A stretch of DNA of 64,000 bases from an uncultured Chthonomonadaceae bacterium (GCA_963835065.1 CAWIEK010000051.1:63799-127798); one strand, 5' to 3'; positions 1 to 11,484 are shown, counted from the first letter of the stretch. The notes: a model not told the origin generated them from the sequence alone. Translations and numbers: made by a program.

Positions 1-2373
1 CAACTCCTCGTCCATGAACACAGAATTGGAGTCAATAATCACGCGGTACTTGCTGACGACGGGCGTACCGAAGTCCTTTGCGCCAATCCCGTCACGCGGA
101 CAGTAGTTCAGCAAATGGCCTGCCGCGTTGAAGCCGGAATAGTAGCCGCCCTGACTGCCCGGTTCCGGCGTCCAGGGGAAGCCTGTCAGCCAGGCGTTTG
201 GCGAACTGAACAGCACGGCAACGCGGGCAAACGGCGCATGGTACTTGCCGACCATCCGGTACATCGCCAGGTTCGTCTCGAACACTTTCAAAACTTCCGG
301 GTTCCACGCGATTTCGCCCCAGTTTTGAAAATAATGGATGCCCGTAACGCCTTCAGTCAGCCAGCGTCCCCAAAATAATTGGAATTCGCGGGCGTTGGGC
401 GCTCCATTACCCGCTTCGGCGGTAACGGGCAGGCCGACGCCGTTCATCAGCAGCGTGTTTTCTTCCGTCCAAAAACCCGCCATGCTGCCCGTGTCGTGGA
501 ACCTGCCGCCGTAATCCTGACACGCTTTCTTGACCGGATCGGCGTAATCCGTCGCCGCCATGAAGTTGATGGAACTGTCCGGATCCACCTGCCGGATCAT
601 TTCCGCGCCCCGCTGTATCTGCGCCCCCCGCGATTGGATGTTCCATGCGACAAAATCTGCCCACTGCGCGTTTTTGTCCGCGCCGAGATGGGGGTACTGG
701 CGCACGGGTTCTCTGGTCAGATAAGCGCGATAGCAGATCAGGGCGCGGGGCATTTGCAGGACAAGCGTATTCCGCCCCGGCTTCAGCGCGCCTGTCACGT
801 CGAACTGACTCCAGTGCTGGTCATTCGCGCCGTGTGATTGCTCCTTGATGGCCTGCCCGTTCACATAAACAAGCGTCGCGTCCTGACTGCGGTTCGCCAT
901 GTCCCACACCACAAGCGTAACGGGCAATGAGGCATTTAGCCAATTTGCGGGAACGTCAAGGGTGCGGCGATAGACAAGCGGGCTGCGTTTCAAAAACAAC
1001 ATGCGGTCATTGCCCGGCGCAATCAGTTCGTCCCATTCGCTGTCATCAAAATCGGGCTGATACCACTCTGTAGGAACGGGCGCAATAGGCGGCGGGGAGG
1101 GCAGATTTCGCGCTTCCCCTTCCGTGTACGCATGGCCGTTGGGCGCGGAAACGTACTTGACGCGCCATGCGCCGCGCAGGTCAAGGGCGTCCGGCCCAAA
1201 TCCGGCAAAATCGGCGACTTCGGGCAGGCGAACCTCGTCCCACGATTTATAATGACCGTTATTTCCGTGCCAGCGTTCGGACAGCGCCTGCAATGTCTTG
1301 TAACGCCCGCGCAGCCAGCCGCGCCAAACGTTTTCCGCATACGGCCCGGATTCCAGAAAGTATTTTTGCGGCGCTTCATACGTTTCGCCGTGCGGTTCCA
1401 GCCAGCCGACGATATTGGGGTCTTTGGCGAAGCGCCGCACCGTCTGCTGAAAAATGCCCAACAGCGCGTCTTCGGCCTCCTGCGACAGCCACGAAATCGC
1501 GCCCAGTCCGGCGGAATCATGGGCGACGCCGTAATAGCCGCCGATAAATTGCGGCGCTTTGAGCATCGTCTGTTCCCGGTAGCGGTTGGCAAGCCACTCC
1601 TGCGGCGGCGAAATCTGCGTGTTGATATGCACGGGGATGCCCTGCCTGCGCGCGTTTATCTGCATCCAGTCCCATGCCGGCTCGTTGGTCAGCCCTTCCG
1701 CGTAATCGTCCGCAAGGGGATTGGTCCACACGACAAGGCCGAGCGGCCCGTGATCCCGCGCGAATTTCAGCGCGTCGTCATAGTCGTAAGTTTGCGCCGA
1801 ATCGGACACGCCGGGTGGCAGGGCATCCGGGGCGAAATAGCACAGCAGGCCGTAACGATCCCAGCGATCCAGGTACATCGGAATCGGAACGCGGGGCCTA
1901 AAGTCCGCAGGGGTCACAATCGGAGGAACAGCCACATTCCACAGCCGCAGCAATGCGGCGTCGTCCACTGCGGTCAGGATCACAACCTCACGTCCGCGCG
2001 CAAAACAGACGACAAACTCGCCAGCCAGGGTAGTGCCAAAGGTGAAATTACGGCCTTTGTGGATGAGATGCCTCTTGCCCAGGATACGCAGGCGTTCCAG
2101 ATCGGACAGGTATTTGGCCTGCGTCAGCCGCGCCTTCTGCGCCGACTCGCAGGCGATATGCGTTACGGAAGCGCGTCCACTCTCCAGAACGCGAAACATG
2201 GCCGAAATCGCGCCGTACCCATGCAGGGTTGTGAGCGGCAGGGTGACAGTCGCGCCACTGCCGACAGGAACGGGGGAAGTTGCCGAAACCGCCACTTCCG
2301 CCGCCAATTCAAGTTCGCCAAGAGCGGCAATCGCAGTGGTTCGCGCCAAAAACGCGCGGCGTGACAGAGGCAT
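1..2373 (-). CDS. Large Tat-exported glycoside hydrolase-like protein (beta-galactosidase/GH42-like), 3' end runs off the window
   Basis: Not in the ORF track because there is no stop inside the window. ATG at 2373 gives MPLSRRAFLARTTAIAA (twin-arginine signal). The same frame is open at spot checks near 1560 (KAPQFIGGYYGV), 1020 (APGNDRMLFL) and 60 (VVSKYRVIIDSNSVFMDEEL). Divergent from the LacI/GH53 locus. Confidence 0.7.
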   Translation of the reverse strand, partial: MPLSRRAFLARTTAIAALGELELAAEVAVSATSPVPVGSGATVTLPLTTLHGYGAISAMFRVLESGRASVTHIACESAQKARLTQAKYLSDLERLRILGKRHLIHKGRNFTFGTTLAGEFVVCFARGREVVILTAVDDAALLRLWNVAVPPIVTPADFRPRVPIPMYLDRWDRYGLLCYFAPDALPPGVSDSAQTYDYDDALKFARDHGPLGLVVWTNPLADDYAEGLTNEPAWDWMQINARRQGIPVHINTQISPPQEWLANRYREQTMLKAPQFIGGYYGVAHDSAGLGAISWLSQEAEDALLGIFQQTVRRFAKDPNIVGWLEPHGETYEAPQKYFLESGPYAENVWRGWLRGRYKTLQALSERWHGNNGHYKSWDEVRLPEVADFAGFGPDALDLRGAWRVKYVSAPNGHAYTEGEARNLPSPPPIAPVPTEWYQPDFDDSEWDELIAPGNDRMLFLKRSPLVYRRTLDVPANWLNASLPVTLVVWDMANRSQDATLVYVNGQAIKEQSHGANDQHWSQFDVTGALKPGRNTLVLQMPRALICYRAYLTREPVRQYPHLGADKNAQWADFVAWNIQSRGAQIQRGAEMIRQVDPDSSINFMAATDYADPVKKACQDYGGRFHDTGSMAGFWTEENTLLMNGVGLPVTAEAGNGAPNAREFQLFWGRWLTEGVTGIHYFQNWGEIAWNPEVLKVFETNLAMYRMVGKYHAPFARVAVLFSSPNAWLTGFPWTPEPGSQGGYYSGFNAAGHLLNYCPRDGIGAKDFGTPVVSKYRVIIDSNSVFMDEEL

Positions 2374-2537
2374 TTGTTGTTTGTCCTTATCTTCCAGTTC
2401 CGCGCCCTTGCTGTCTCGGTGAAAACGTCGTGGAAGCCAGAAGCCCCGAAAGCGCTTATCTTCAGGAACACTATTCACCATTCGAGCAGGATTGTACTGC
2501 CTGAATCCCATATTCGGTTCGCGGGGAAGAAAAAACA

Positions 2538-2566
2538 TTGACAAGGCGCGCGGACTGTGTTATAAT
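2538..2566 (+). promoter_or_regulatory. Sigma70 promoter of the LacI operon
   Basis: TTGACA(2538-43), 17 bp, TATAAT(2561-66), with extended -10 TG. Confidence 0.85.
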
Positions 2567-2574
2567 CCGGTCAT

Positions 2575-2618
2575 TATATCGTTAAAGCAGCGGAATTTCT
2601 CGTTTGTTTAACGATAAA
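2575..2618. promoter_or_regulatory. Two LacI-type operator sites
   Basis: TATATCGTTAAA (2575-86) and TTTAACGATAAA (2607-18): CG-centred palindromes just downstream of the -10 box. Confidence 0.65.
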
Positions 2619-2648
2619 ACGGCATGAACGCGGAAGGAAGCAACGGCT

Positions 2649-3647
2649 TTGCGCAGAACGAACTCGGTGAAGATGAAGGATGTGGCGGAACGGGCGGGCG
2701 TCAGCGCCATGACCGTCTCGCTGGCCCTCGGCGGTTCGCCGCGCATTACCGAGGAAACGCGACGGCGCGTTTTGGAAGTGGTCAAGGAACTGCAATACTC
2801 CCCCAATGCGCGCGGGCGCGCGCTCCGTTCCGGCTTTACTAACATCATCGGCCTGTATGCGGGCTTTGGCTCCGTCAACGTGCGCCTGCCCTTTTATACG
2901 GAAGTGGTGAGCGGCCTGCAGGAGGGGTGCGAACAGGTGAAGAAAGACCTGCTGCTGCACGGCATCTTTCACGGCGGGGATGCCGCCGACATTTTTACGG
3001 AACTGGCGGATGGCAGAATTGACGGGCTGGTGGTCAACATGCCGCAGGACAATCCCCTCGCGGCGCGACTGGCCGAATCCGGTTTCCCCGTCGTCGCCAT
3101 TGCCGATCCTCTGTTTCATATCCCGTCCGTGATGGTAAACGATGCGGAAGGTTCGCGCCTGCTTGTGGAGCATTTGCAGCAGCGCGGACACCGGCGCGCG
3201 GCGTACCTGAGCAGCCCGGCGCGTCCCATTTCCGCCGTGCGCCGCCATGAAGCGTTTATGCAAACCGCCGCCCAATGCGGCATTGCAGTGGAAGAAGTCT
3301 GCTATGACGGCGAGGCAGGCCGAAACCATCCGTTCGCGCTGAATTTACTGCGGCGCGACCCCGCCCATCGCCCGACTGCGATTGCCTGCTGGAACGACCA
3401 GACCGCTTATGAAATGCTTTCCGAATGTGAGCGTCACGGCGTCCGCGTACCCGATGATGTGGCTGTCGTGGGCTTCGATGGAACCTCCACGGTGTATGGA
3501 AGCCGAGGTTCGCTCACGACCATTCGCGCGCCCTGGGCGGAAGTGGCGCGCACCGCCGTTTTGTACCTCGATCATCTGCTGAAAGGAGAACCGGTTCCCC
3601 AAGAGACCGTACTGCCCATTGAATTTGTTCAGGGGCATACCACTTGA
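2649..3647 (+). CDS. LacI-family transcriptional regulator
   Basis: [32 protein letters not shown] hinge, [12 protein letters not shown]-terminal motif; start may be the ATG at 2673. Confidence 0.95.
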   Translation: MRRTNSVKMKDVAERAGVSAMTVSLALGGSPRITEETRRRVLEVVKELQYSPNARGRALRSGFTNIIGLYAGFGSVNVRLPFYTEVVSGLQEGCEQVKKDLLLHGIFHGGDAADIFTELADGRIDGLVVNMPQDNPLAARLAESGFPVVAIADPLFHIPSVMVNDAEGSRLLVEHLQQRGHRRAAYLSSPARPISAVRRHEAFMQTAAQCGIAVEEVCYDGEAGRNHPFALNLLRRDPAHRPTAIACWNDQTAYEMLSECERHGVRVPDDVAVVGFDGTSTVYGSRGSLTTIRAPWAEVARTAVLYLDHLLKGEPVPQETVLPIEFVQGHTT

Positions 3648-3657
3648 TACTGAATAC

Positions 3658-3766
3658 GTGGGTGTTCCGGTGTTCGGGTATTCAGGGAATACAAAAGTGC
3701 CAGCGTATAGTTTACGCAACAAGGCCAACACCCGAACACCGGAACACCCGAACACCCGAATACCTG
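3658..3766. repeat. Inverted pair of 8-mer tandem repeats (GTGTTCGG / CCGAACAC)
   Basis: gtgggtgttccggtgttcgggtattc ... aacacccgaacaccggaacacccgaacacccgaatac, immediately after the lacI stop. Confidence 0.85.
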
Positions 3767-3786
3767 CCACCGAAGGAGGGTTTGCT

Positions 3787-4596
3787 ATGCAGCGACGCAA
3801 AGGATTTACACTGATCGAACTGCTCGTCGTGATTGCCATCATTGCGATCTTGGCGGCTATATTGTTCCCCGTGTTCGCGCAGGCGCGTTCCAAAGCGCGT
3901 CAGGCCAGTGACTTGAGCAACATGAAGCAGTTGGGAACGGCGATGCTGATGTACGTGCAGGATTACGACGAACATTATAATCCGACGGGCAACGGCAACG
4001 GCGCGATTTGCCCCGGCGAACCCAGCGCATCCTGGGACCTCTGGCCCGCGCTGCTGTACCCGTATGTCAAAAACGGACAGGTGTTCATTTCGCCGCAGTT
4101 CAAGGCCGAAGACAACCTTTACGGGACAACCTGGTACTGCCACGCGCACCTCCAGCCCATGCTCCTTAGCGGCAAATTCTACGTGTCCTACATGATGAAC
4201 AGCTTTGAAACGTGGAGCTGGCAAGGCGGCACGGTCTGGAAGAACGCCGGGGATCATTACGGCTTCCGCTACAACCCGCAGGACGCGGTTGGGCTGGCGC
4301 AGGTTTCGCAGCCGGCAAGCACCATTCTGCTGACCAACGGCATTTATACGGACATCGGCTGGGAACCCTTCACCGACTATTACGCGCAGGGCACTCCGAA
4401 CACGCCGGGCGTCACGTATGTCGGCAAGGACTACACCGCCAAAACCGCGCAGCAGGGCGGCCCGTTCGCGGAGCGCGTCAATCTTACCTGGGCCGATGGA
4501 CACGCCGGCTCCCGCAGGTGGGGAACCCTGAATCCCGGCCTGTGGATCGTTCAGGACGATAAGGACGCCTGGACCAATCCCTACGTCGGGCACTGA
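3787..4596 (+). CDS. DUF1559-type prepilin N-terminal cleavage/methylation protein
   Basis: [45 protein letters not shown]-terminal [11 protein letters not shown] gaaggagg upstream. Confidence 0.93.
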   Translation: MQRRKGFTLIELLVVIAIIAILAAILFPVFAQARSKARQASDLSNMKQLGTAMLMYVQDYDEHYNPTGNGNGAICPGEPSASWDLWPALLYPYVKNGQVFISPQFKAEDNLYGTTWYCHAHLQPMLLSGKFYVSYMMNSFETWSWQGGTVWKNAGDHYGFRYNPQDAVGLAQVSQPASTILLTNGIYTDIGWEPFTDYYAQGTPNTPGVTYVGKDYTAKTAQQGGPFAERVNLTWADGHAGSRRWGTLNPGLWIVQDDKDAWTNPYVGH

Positions 4597-4653
4597 TAGT
4601 CTCACATTCCTCAAGTCTCAAACTTTCGGGTCGCAAACTTTCAAGGAGTACCC

Positions 4654-4875
4654 ATGATGCGCGTTGAAATCTCTCGAAGATGCGGGGTTTTTGCCCTCCT
4701 GCTTGCCACAAGCCTGCTGTGCCCCGGATGCGGCGGCAAGGGCGCGGGCGATACGGTTCCTTCGCCGCCGCGGGAACTCGTGGACAAAAGCTTTCATCCG
4801 CCCACAAATGGAGGCCCGCCCATGCCTGCGCCTGCCACATCCGGCAAATCCGCGCCGACGTCCGCCGGAAAGTAA
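4654..4875 (+). CDS. Small putative lipoprotein
   Basis: SD aaggag; signal peptide ending LLCPG-C, Pro-rich tail; follows the DUF1559 gene. Confidence 0.7.
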   Translation: MMRVEISRRCGVFALLLATSLLCPGCGGKGAGDTVPSPPRELVDKSFHPPTNGGPPMPAPATSGKSAPTSAGK

Positions 4876-4940
4876 GGGACGCGCGACTGCTCTTTTTCCC
4901 AACCCTCCTCTCAACTTTGGGAGGAGGGAACAATTCTATT

Positions 4941-6140
4941 ATGACCCTCTTTATAAACAATTTTCTGCTGCTTAAACTGCTCGCTTCACATTTTGTTGCC
5001 GTCGCGCTTCTGGCGGCTGTGGCGGGCATAGCAGTAACGGCTTCCCTGCCTGCCAAAGCGGACGAACCTCCACACAGCTTTCTTGCGGGCGCGGACTGTT
5101 CGCATGTGGGCTTCTTCGAGGCGCTTGGCAAAACTTACCGCGAAGATGGCGTTGTTGCCGATCCTTTTCTTATTTTGAAGCGGGACGGCATCAATTGTGT
5201 GCGCCTGCGGCTTTTTACGGGCAGTGATGAGTACGCGAAGCAGGATTCCTACAACACCATCAATAATCTGACGTACACGGTTCCCCTGGCCGCGCGGGTG
5301 AAGAAAACCGGTTTGCAGTTCCTGCTGGATTTTCACTATTCCGACACCTGGGCCGACCCCGACAAGCAGGCCAAACCCGCCGCGTGGAAGGAATTATCCT
5401 TCGACCAACTGGAACAGCGTTTGTTCGAGTACAATCGGGACTGTATCGCCGCTTTTAAGAAGGCGGGGGCGATGCCGGATTACGTGCAGGTGGGCAATGA
5501 AATCACGCCGGGAATGTTGTGGCCGGACGGGAAAGTGGGCGGCAAGTTCGACACGCCGGAGCAGTGGCAGAAATTGGGACGCCTGCTGAAAGCCGCCATT
5601 CGGGGCATTACGGAAGCCGCCGGGAGCGACATGCCCAAACTGGTCATTCACATTGACCGGGGCGGCGATTGGAAGGCGACGCAGTGGTTTTTCGACCATT
5701 TGCGGGAACAGCAGGTGCCGTTCGACATCATCGGCGAAAGCTACTATCCCTTCTGGCACGGCAGTCTCGAAGCCTTACAAACCTGCCTGGTCAATGCCGC
5801 GCAACGCTACCAAAAGCCGGTCATGGTTGCCGAAACCGCCTTTCCCTGGGACACGAAATCGCGGGGCGACAAGGCGATTGTCGGGATTATGCCGGGCAGG
5901 GAAGGCCAAGTCCAATTCATGGAGAAGCTGGCGGCGATTGTGAAGGGTGTGCCGAACGGCAGGGGAATGGGCATCTTCTACTGGGCGGCGGAGTTTCAGC
6001 CGCTTGCCGGCACCGGCCTTGCGGGTTTTGAGAACAGTTCCTTCTTTGATGAGGACGGCAACGCCCTGCCCGTCCTCAAAGCGTTCGGGCAGCTTTCCAA
6101 ACCGACTTCCGTTTCCGGCAAATCCTTACCCGGCAAGTGA
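4941..6140 (+). CDS. Endo-beta-1,4-galactanase (GH53)
   Basis: GINCVRLRLF, LDFHYSDTWADP, VQVGNE, SYYPFWHG, VAETAFP motifs; signal peptide. Confidence 0.93.
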   Translation: MTLFINNFLLLKLLASHFVAVALLAAVAGIAVTASLPAKADEPPHSFLAGADCSHVGFFEALGKTYREDGVVADPFLILKRDGINCVRLRLFTGSDEYAKQDSYNTINNLTYTVPLAARVKKTGLQFLLDFHYSDTWADPDKQAKPAAWKELSFDQLEQRLFEYNRDCIAAFKKAGAMPDYVQVGNEITPGMLWPDGKVGGKFDTPEQWQKLGRLLKAAIRGITEAAGSDMPKLVIHIDRGGDWKATQWFFDHLREQQVPFDIIGESYYPFWHGSLEALQTCLVNAAQRYQKPVMVAETAFPWDTKSRGDKAIVGIMPGREGQVQFMEKLAAIVKGVPNGRGMGIFYWAAEFQPLAGTGLAGFENSSFFDEDGNALPVLKAFGQLSKPTSVSGKSLPGK

Positions 6141-6161
6141 ACATAACTCGGAATAATTTCT

Positions 6162-7562
6162 ATGCGATTGAAATGGTTCGGCGCAGGCATAATTCTCTTT
6201 TGCGGCGTCCTGCTGTGTCTACGGCTTCTGCGGCCTGGATTGCCTGCTGCAGACGGGGCTGCGTCCGGTCTGTCGGATGTTCCGGCGGGGCGTCTGCAAG
6301 GCGCGATTACGGTTTGGAGCTGGAACACGGCGGCCAAAAGCCTGCAAAAATTGGCTCCGGTCTTTGAGGGGAAACAGCCTGCCGTCAAGGTCAATGTGGA
6401 TATGACGGGAGCGCGGATGCAAACGCGGCTGATGCTGTCGCTCGCCTCCGGGGTGGGAGCGCCCGATGTGTCGCAGTTTGAACTCACGGACGCGCCGCGC
6501 TATATCGCCACAGGTCGCCTGACCGACCTGACGCCGGTTGCGGCCAAATATAAAAGTCTATTTCCCGCGTCGCTGTGGGACAACTGCACGTGGAAGGGGC
6601 GCGTATACGCTATCCCCTGGGACATCGGCCCCTGCGCCGTTTTTTACAAGTGCGACCTGTTCCGGCGGTATGGCATTGACCCGGCCAAAATCGAAACGTG
6701 GGACGATTACATCAAGGCCGGGAAAGAGATTTTGCGCAGATCGGGCGGACACACCAAGATGCTGCCGCTCGGCTCCAACTCCCTGCGCCCGATGTTTGAG
6801 ATGCTGATTCAGCAGAGCGGCGGGCAAGTGTTCGACGATCAGGGGCGCATTGCCATCAATTCCCCGCAAACCCGGCAGGCATTATCCATTCTCCAGAAGA
6901 TGCGCGGGGCAGGCATCTGTTCCGATATTGCGCTGTGGAGTCAGGAGTTTCTCGCGGGGCTGAACGACGAGAGCATTGCCACTTATCCCATCGCCATCTG
7001 GTTCGCCGGGACGATCAAGGACACGGTTAAGGATTACGCGGGCAAAAAAGCCGAATGGGGCGTGTTCCGCCTGCCTGCCATCACTTCGGGCGGGCTGCGT
7101 GTCGCCAATCTGGGCGGCTCCGTCCTGGTCATTCCCGCGCAGTGCCGCAACAAAGCGGCGGCATGGGCGTTCGTGGAATATGCGCTGTGTACGCGGGAAG
7201 GCCAGATCGCGCAATATCGCAACATGAGCCTGTTTCCCGCGTTTTTGCCCGCCATGCAGAGCCGGGATTTGGACGAGCCGGACCCGTTTTTCGGCGGGCA
7301 GCGCATCGTCCGGCTGTTCGCAACGGACGTGACCAAAATCACGCGGCTGAACCGGACACCGGCCTGGGGCGAAGCGATCCGCTATCTGGATCAGGAACTC
7401 AGCCATTGGGCGGCAAGCGGAATGGCAAGTGAGGGCTTTTTTGAGAACCTGGAGCAGAAAATGCAGCATCGGCTCGGCTTGCCGCTTGCGCCCCAACCGC
7501 CTGCCGCGCCCCCACTTGTTCCCAATAGCGGACTTGTTCCCACTGCCGGGAGGCTGCCATGA
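6162..7562 (+). CDS. Sugar ABC transporter substrate-binding protein
   Basis: ITVWSW, GAPDV, YAIPWDIGP, GGSVLVIP, AAWAFVEY. Confidence 0.93.
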   Translation: MRLKWFGAGIILFCGVLLCLRLLRPGLPAADGAASGLSDVPAGRLQGAITVWSWNTAAKSLQKLAPVFEGKQPAVKVNVDMTGARMQTRLMLSLASGVGAPDVSQFELTDAPRYIATGRLTDLTPVAAKYKSLFPASLWDNCTWKGRVYAIPWDIGPCAVFYKCDLFRRYGIDPAKIETWDDYIKAGKEILRRSGGHTKMLPLGSNSLRPMFEMLIQQSGGQVFDDQGRIAINSPQTRQALSILQKMRGAGICSDIALWSQEFLAGLNDESIATYPIAIWFAGTIKDTVKDYAGKKAEWGVFRLPAITSGGLRVANLGGSVLVIPAQCRNKAAAWAFVEYALCTREGQIAQYRNMSLFPAFLPAMQSRDLDEPDPFFGGQRIVRLFATDVTKITRLNRTPAWGEAIRYLDQELSHWAASGMASEGFFENLEQKMQHRLGLPLAPQPPAAPPLVPNSGLVPTAGRLP

Positions 7563-8473
7563 ATCCCATCCCGAACAGCAGGGACTTGTGGCGCTACCGC
7601 CATTTCTATCTGTTTGTCGCGCCCTTCTTCGTGCTTTTCGGCGTGTTCGGCCTGTACCCGCTCCTGTTTTCGCTGTATCTCAGCTTCACGCAATGGGACG
7701 GCATGACCGCGATGCAGTGGGTCGGGCTGTCCAACTTCCGGGCGATGCTCAATGACGAAATCCTCTGGCGGGCGCTGTGGAACACGGTCACAATCGGCCT
7801 GCTGTACGTGCCGCTGATGATGATTCTGGCGTTTCTGTTTGCGCAGGCGCTCAACACGCAATGGCTGAAAATGCGGGCGTTGTACCGCGCGGCGTTTTTC
7901 CTGCCCTGCGTCACGCCGATGGCGGTTATCGCCGTCGTTTTCGGCCTGATTTTCAGTGCGGAAAAAGGCGTTCTGAACTACGTTTTGCAGCAAGTGAACC
8001 ATCTGCTGCCGTTTTTGCATTTGCAGCCGATTCCCTGGCTCACGAGTGAAGCCTGGTCGAAAGTGGCGGTCGCTATTCTGGTGGTGTGGCGCTGGACAGG
8101 CTACAATATGGTGCTGATGCTAGCGGGCTTGCAGGGGATACCGGGCGAGTATTATGAGGCGGCGGAAGTGGACGGCGCTTCGTCGTGGCAGCGCGTGGCG
8201 CATATCACGCTGCCCTTAATGCGGCCCACGTTCCGCTTTTGCGGGCTGCTGTCGCTGCTTGGAACGATTTATATGTTCGATGAGATTTTCGTGCTTACGG
8301 GCGGCGGTCCGGGAACCTCTTCCACCAACATCGGCATGTACCTGTTCAACATTTCCTTCAACGATTTCCGCTTCGGCTACGCTTCCTGCGTGGGCTATAC
8401 GGTCGCAACGGTTGTGTTTGCGGGTACGCTGCTGGCGTCGCGCCGCAATCGCCGGGAAGGGAAAACGGACTAG
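7559..8473 (+). CDS. Sugar ABC transporter permease (MalF-like)
   Basis: EAA loop YYEAAEVDGAS..HITLPLM; multiple TM segments. Confidence 0.95.
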   Translation: MNPIPNSRDLWRYRHFYLFVAPFFVLFGVFGLYPLLFSLYLSFTQWDGMTAMQWVGLSNFRAMLNDEILWRALWNTVTIGLLYVPLMMILAFLFAQALNTQWLKMRALYRAAFFLPCVTPMAVIAVVFGLIFSAEKGVLNYVLQQVNHLLPFLHLQPIPWLTSEAWSKVAVAILVVWRWTGYNMVLMLAGLQGIPGEYYEAAEVDGASSWQRVAHITLPLMRPTFRFCGLLSLLGTIYMFDEIFVLTGGGPGTSSTNIGMYLFNISFNDFRFGYASCVGYTVATVVFAGTLLASRRNRREGKTD

Positions 8474-8475
8474 CG

Positions 8476-9468
8476 ATGCAAACCGGCCCTTCCCCTCAAG
8501 ACACAACGCAAATAAACCAACACGCAGCCACGCAAGGAACAATCACGCAAGACCTGACTCACGGCACAATGCAAGGGACAACACAAGGGGAAATGAAAGG
8601 CGCAATGCGGCAGGCAAAACCGGGCGCAGCGAAATGGACATTACAGCGGAAAATCGGGCGCGGCCTGCTGTATGTCGCGTTGAGCGTCCTGGCGCTTGTC
8701 TTCATCTTCCCGTTCTACTGGCTGCTGACCTCGGCCTTCAAAACGCAGGCGCAGATTTTCACCGTTCCGCCCCAATGGCTGCCCCTGCCGATCACCGGGC
8801 AAAACTTTGTGGATTTGTACCGGGAAACAAACCTGCCCCGCGCCTTCCTCAACTCGGTCATTATTTCGGGCGGGCATGTCGGCCTGTCGTTGTTTTTGTG
8901 TTCGCTGGCGGGGTATGCGTTTGCCAAGTTTCCGCAGGCTCCGGGACATGGCAAATTGTTCGCCTTTGTGCTGGCGACCATGATGATACCGGGCGCGGTG
9001 ACGCTGATCCCCACATTCCTCATCCTCGTCAACCTGCACTGGATCAATACCTACTGGGCTATGATTATTCCGGGCGCGGCGGGCGCGTTCGGCATCTTCT
9101 GGATGCGGCAGTACATGAGCGCCAATGTGCCTGACGATCTGGTTCATGCCGCCCGGATTGACGGCTGTACGGAGTTCGGCATTTATTACCGCATTGCCCT
9201 CCCGATTGCCAAACCCGCACTGGCCGCGTTGGGCATTATGCAGTTAATCGGTTCGTGGAACAACCTGATGTGGGCGTTTATCGCGCTGCGCACACAGGAT
9301 ATGCTCACGCTCCCCGTCGTCATCTATCTGCTGCAAGGCGAGATACGAACCCCCTACGGCATGTTGATGGCGGGCGGCCTGCTGACAACCCTGCCCCTCG
9401 TACTCGCGTTCCTCTTCTTCCAAAAACACTTCATTTCCGGCATTACGGCAGGAGCGATCAAGCAGTAG
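8476..9468 (+). CDS. Sugar ABC transporter permease (MalG-like)
   Basis: LVHAARIDGC..IALPIAKP, QKHFISGITAGAIK; low-complexity TQG-rich N-terminal extension. Confidence 0.95.
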   Translation: MQTGPSPQDTTQINQHAATQGTITQDLTHGTMQGTTQGEMKGAMRQAKPGAAKWTLQRKIGRGLLYVALSVLALVFIFPFYWLLTSAFKTQAQIFTVPPQWLPLPITGQNFVDLYRETNLPRAFLNSVIISGGHVGLSLFLCSLAGYAFAKFPQAPGHGKLFAFVLATMMIPGAVTLIPTFLILVNLHWINTYWAMIIPGAAGAFGIFWMRQYMSANVPDDLVHAARIDGCTEFGIYYRIALPIAKPALAALGIMQLIGSWNNLMWAFIALRTQDMLTLPVVIYLLQGEIRTPYGMLMAGGLLTTLPLVLAFLFFQKHFISGITAGAIKQ

Positions 9469-9575
9469 GGCCGGCTTATAAAAAGCCGGTTATTAGGCCT
9501 GCGGCCAATCGTCCTGCGGACGAAGAACTGCCGGCGTATTTACGCTGGAGTGTAATCGCGCTGATGCTATTCAAT

Positions 9576-11484
9576 TCAGGCAGTTTGCGGATTTGTCAAA
9601 GCAGTACCCAAATGGGAAGATACTCGACGGCGCGGCAGGGCAATGGCGCTTGTGGCCGCGCCGATTCCCATGACAAGGCACAGGGGCATAATCAGCAGCC
9701 AGCCGACATAAGGAATCAGGCAGGACAGGGACGCCAGCAGGCTTCCCCCAAGCAGTCTGCCAAGCGTTTCGGCCTTGCCGGTTTTTTGCCATAGTTTTCG
9801 CGCAGTCCAACGCGCCCAACTGCCCGCCCCTGCCGCGCCCATTCCGCACAAACTTAACAGCAGAATTGCGCCCATTGCCTGCGCGATGGGATGGAAGGAG
9901 AAAATCAAGCCGGATATTGCGCAAGGTATAAGGATGCAAACCAACAGCCCGCGCCCGAAGCAACGCCCGGTTTGGGTGGCAAGCGCATCCGCTCCGCGCT
10001 GTGTCGCCGCAGGGAGAAGCAATGCCAACATTCCGGGAAGCAGCAGCAAAAATCCCAACGCGAACACGCCCTTCGCCAGCAACGCGCCTGGACGCGCGAT
10101 TCCCTCCATAAACAACCCGGCCACGCCATCAACGCTCTTTTCCAGTATTGCCGCGCCCAATGTGGAGCGCTTTTCGCGGTGATGGGCGGGCGGGCGTACC
10201 GAGGCCGCGCCCAGATGCCCCAGATTGGCGATCCACAAAATGCCGTTGTCAATGTCACTGCTGACGTAAACATTAATCAGAACGCCCGCCATTTCATTGA
10301 CGTAATCTTCGCCGTTCGTCACCCGCTTGGGCGGATGGTTCGGGTTGGCGGGATTGTCGGCGGAATTGTCGTGCGTCCATTCGCCGTGCAGAATGGTTCC
10401 TTTGGGCAGGCGGTAGCGCTCCTTAACATGGTACGTAGACTGCCAGTTGAAATCCCAATCGTTGATCTTGATAATCGGTTTGGTGGAATGGTCCGGCAGT
10501 TCGGCCCACAATTTGCAGGTTTTGCCGATGAGGTGCATGTGTTCGTAGATGCTTTCCACTTCGACATCTACGGGGAGGGTATACGTGGTTTCCTCCAGAT
10601 GGTCTTTTTCTCCCGGCGCAATGTCCAAGTTCAAAACGCCCATTGAGATCAGCGACCCGATTTTCACGGGGGGCTTGTCGGTGAAGTACAGCCCGACCAA
10701 CGTTTGATCCGTTTCTTCCCTGCCGTCGGGGTGGTAGTGCATCCCGAACACGAGGTCAATGTCTTTGGGCAGGACGGCGGACGCATCTGTGGGCAGAACT
10801 TCCGCGCCCATTCCCGGCACATACCCCGGCAGCCCGCCGAACGGCAAAAATCCCGGCCCGCCAAAACTGACATAGCCACTCCCCGGCCCGCCCTGCTGCG
10901 CTTCCAACTGCTTCGCCTTGCCGCTTTTGTCCATCATCAGGGTGACATGGTGAACGATGCGCCGATTGCCGGGGCGGATTTCCGTAGCGCGAACGTACTT
11001 GTCGGCAGGCAGATGCAGGGAAACCACAAAACTCCGCGTCACGTCCTTGCCTTCGGCGGGAACGGTATACGGTTTGGGCATCTTGAGGATCATGTCGGGC
11101 TTGCCCAACTGCCAGCCGTCCGGGAATTGCGGCGCGGGCGGCAGGTCGGACGGATTGCCTTCGGGCGCTCCACTTCGCGGCCCACTGCTGTATCAGCGTC
11201 CTTTGCTTGTCCGTCAGCCGCCGCTCGTGCTGAAACTCGCCGTAGCCGGCTTCCAGTTTCCAGGGCGGCATCAGGCGCTTTTCGGTGACAATGGCAATTT
11301 GTTTTGCCCGTTTTGCCGCGTCGCGGTACGTCAGCAGGGAAAAAGGAGCCACTTCGTCAGGCCGGTGACAATTGGAGCAGTTATTGAAGAGAATGGGCGC
11401 AATGTCTTTGCTGAACGTAGGCGTGTCGGCGCGCGCCGGTATTGCCTGCGCGATCATCCCGGCCAACACGAGCGGAAGCAACAT
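9576..11484 (-). CDS. Heme-c/copper type II monooxygenase-like protein with C-terminal membrane domain; one frameshift near 11175
   Basis: Signal peptide, CSNCH (ORF 10756..11667 frame), then IVHH, MHYH, HMH, NEM (ORF 9576..11108 frame). One extra base in GCGAAGTGGAGCG breaks the WAASGAPEG seen in the paralog. Confidence 0.8.
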
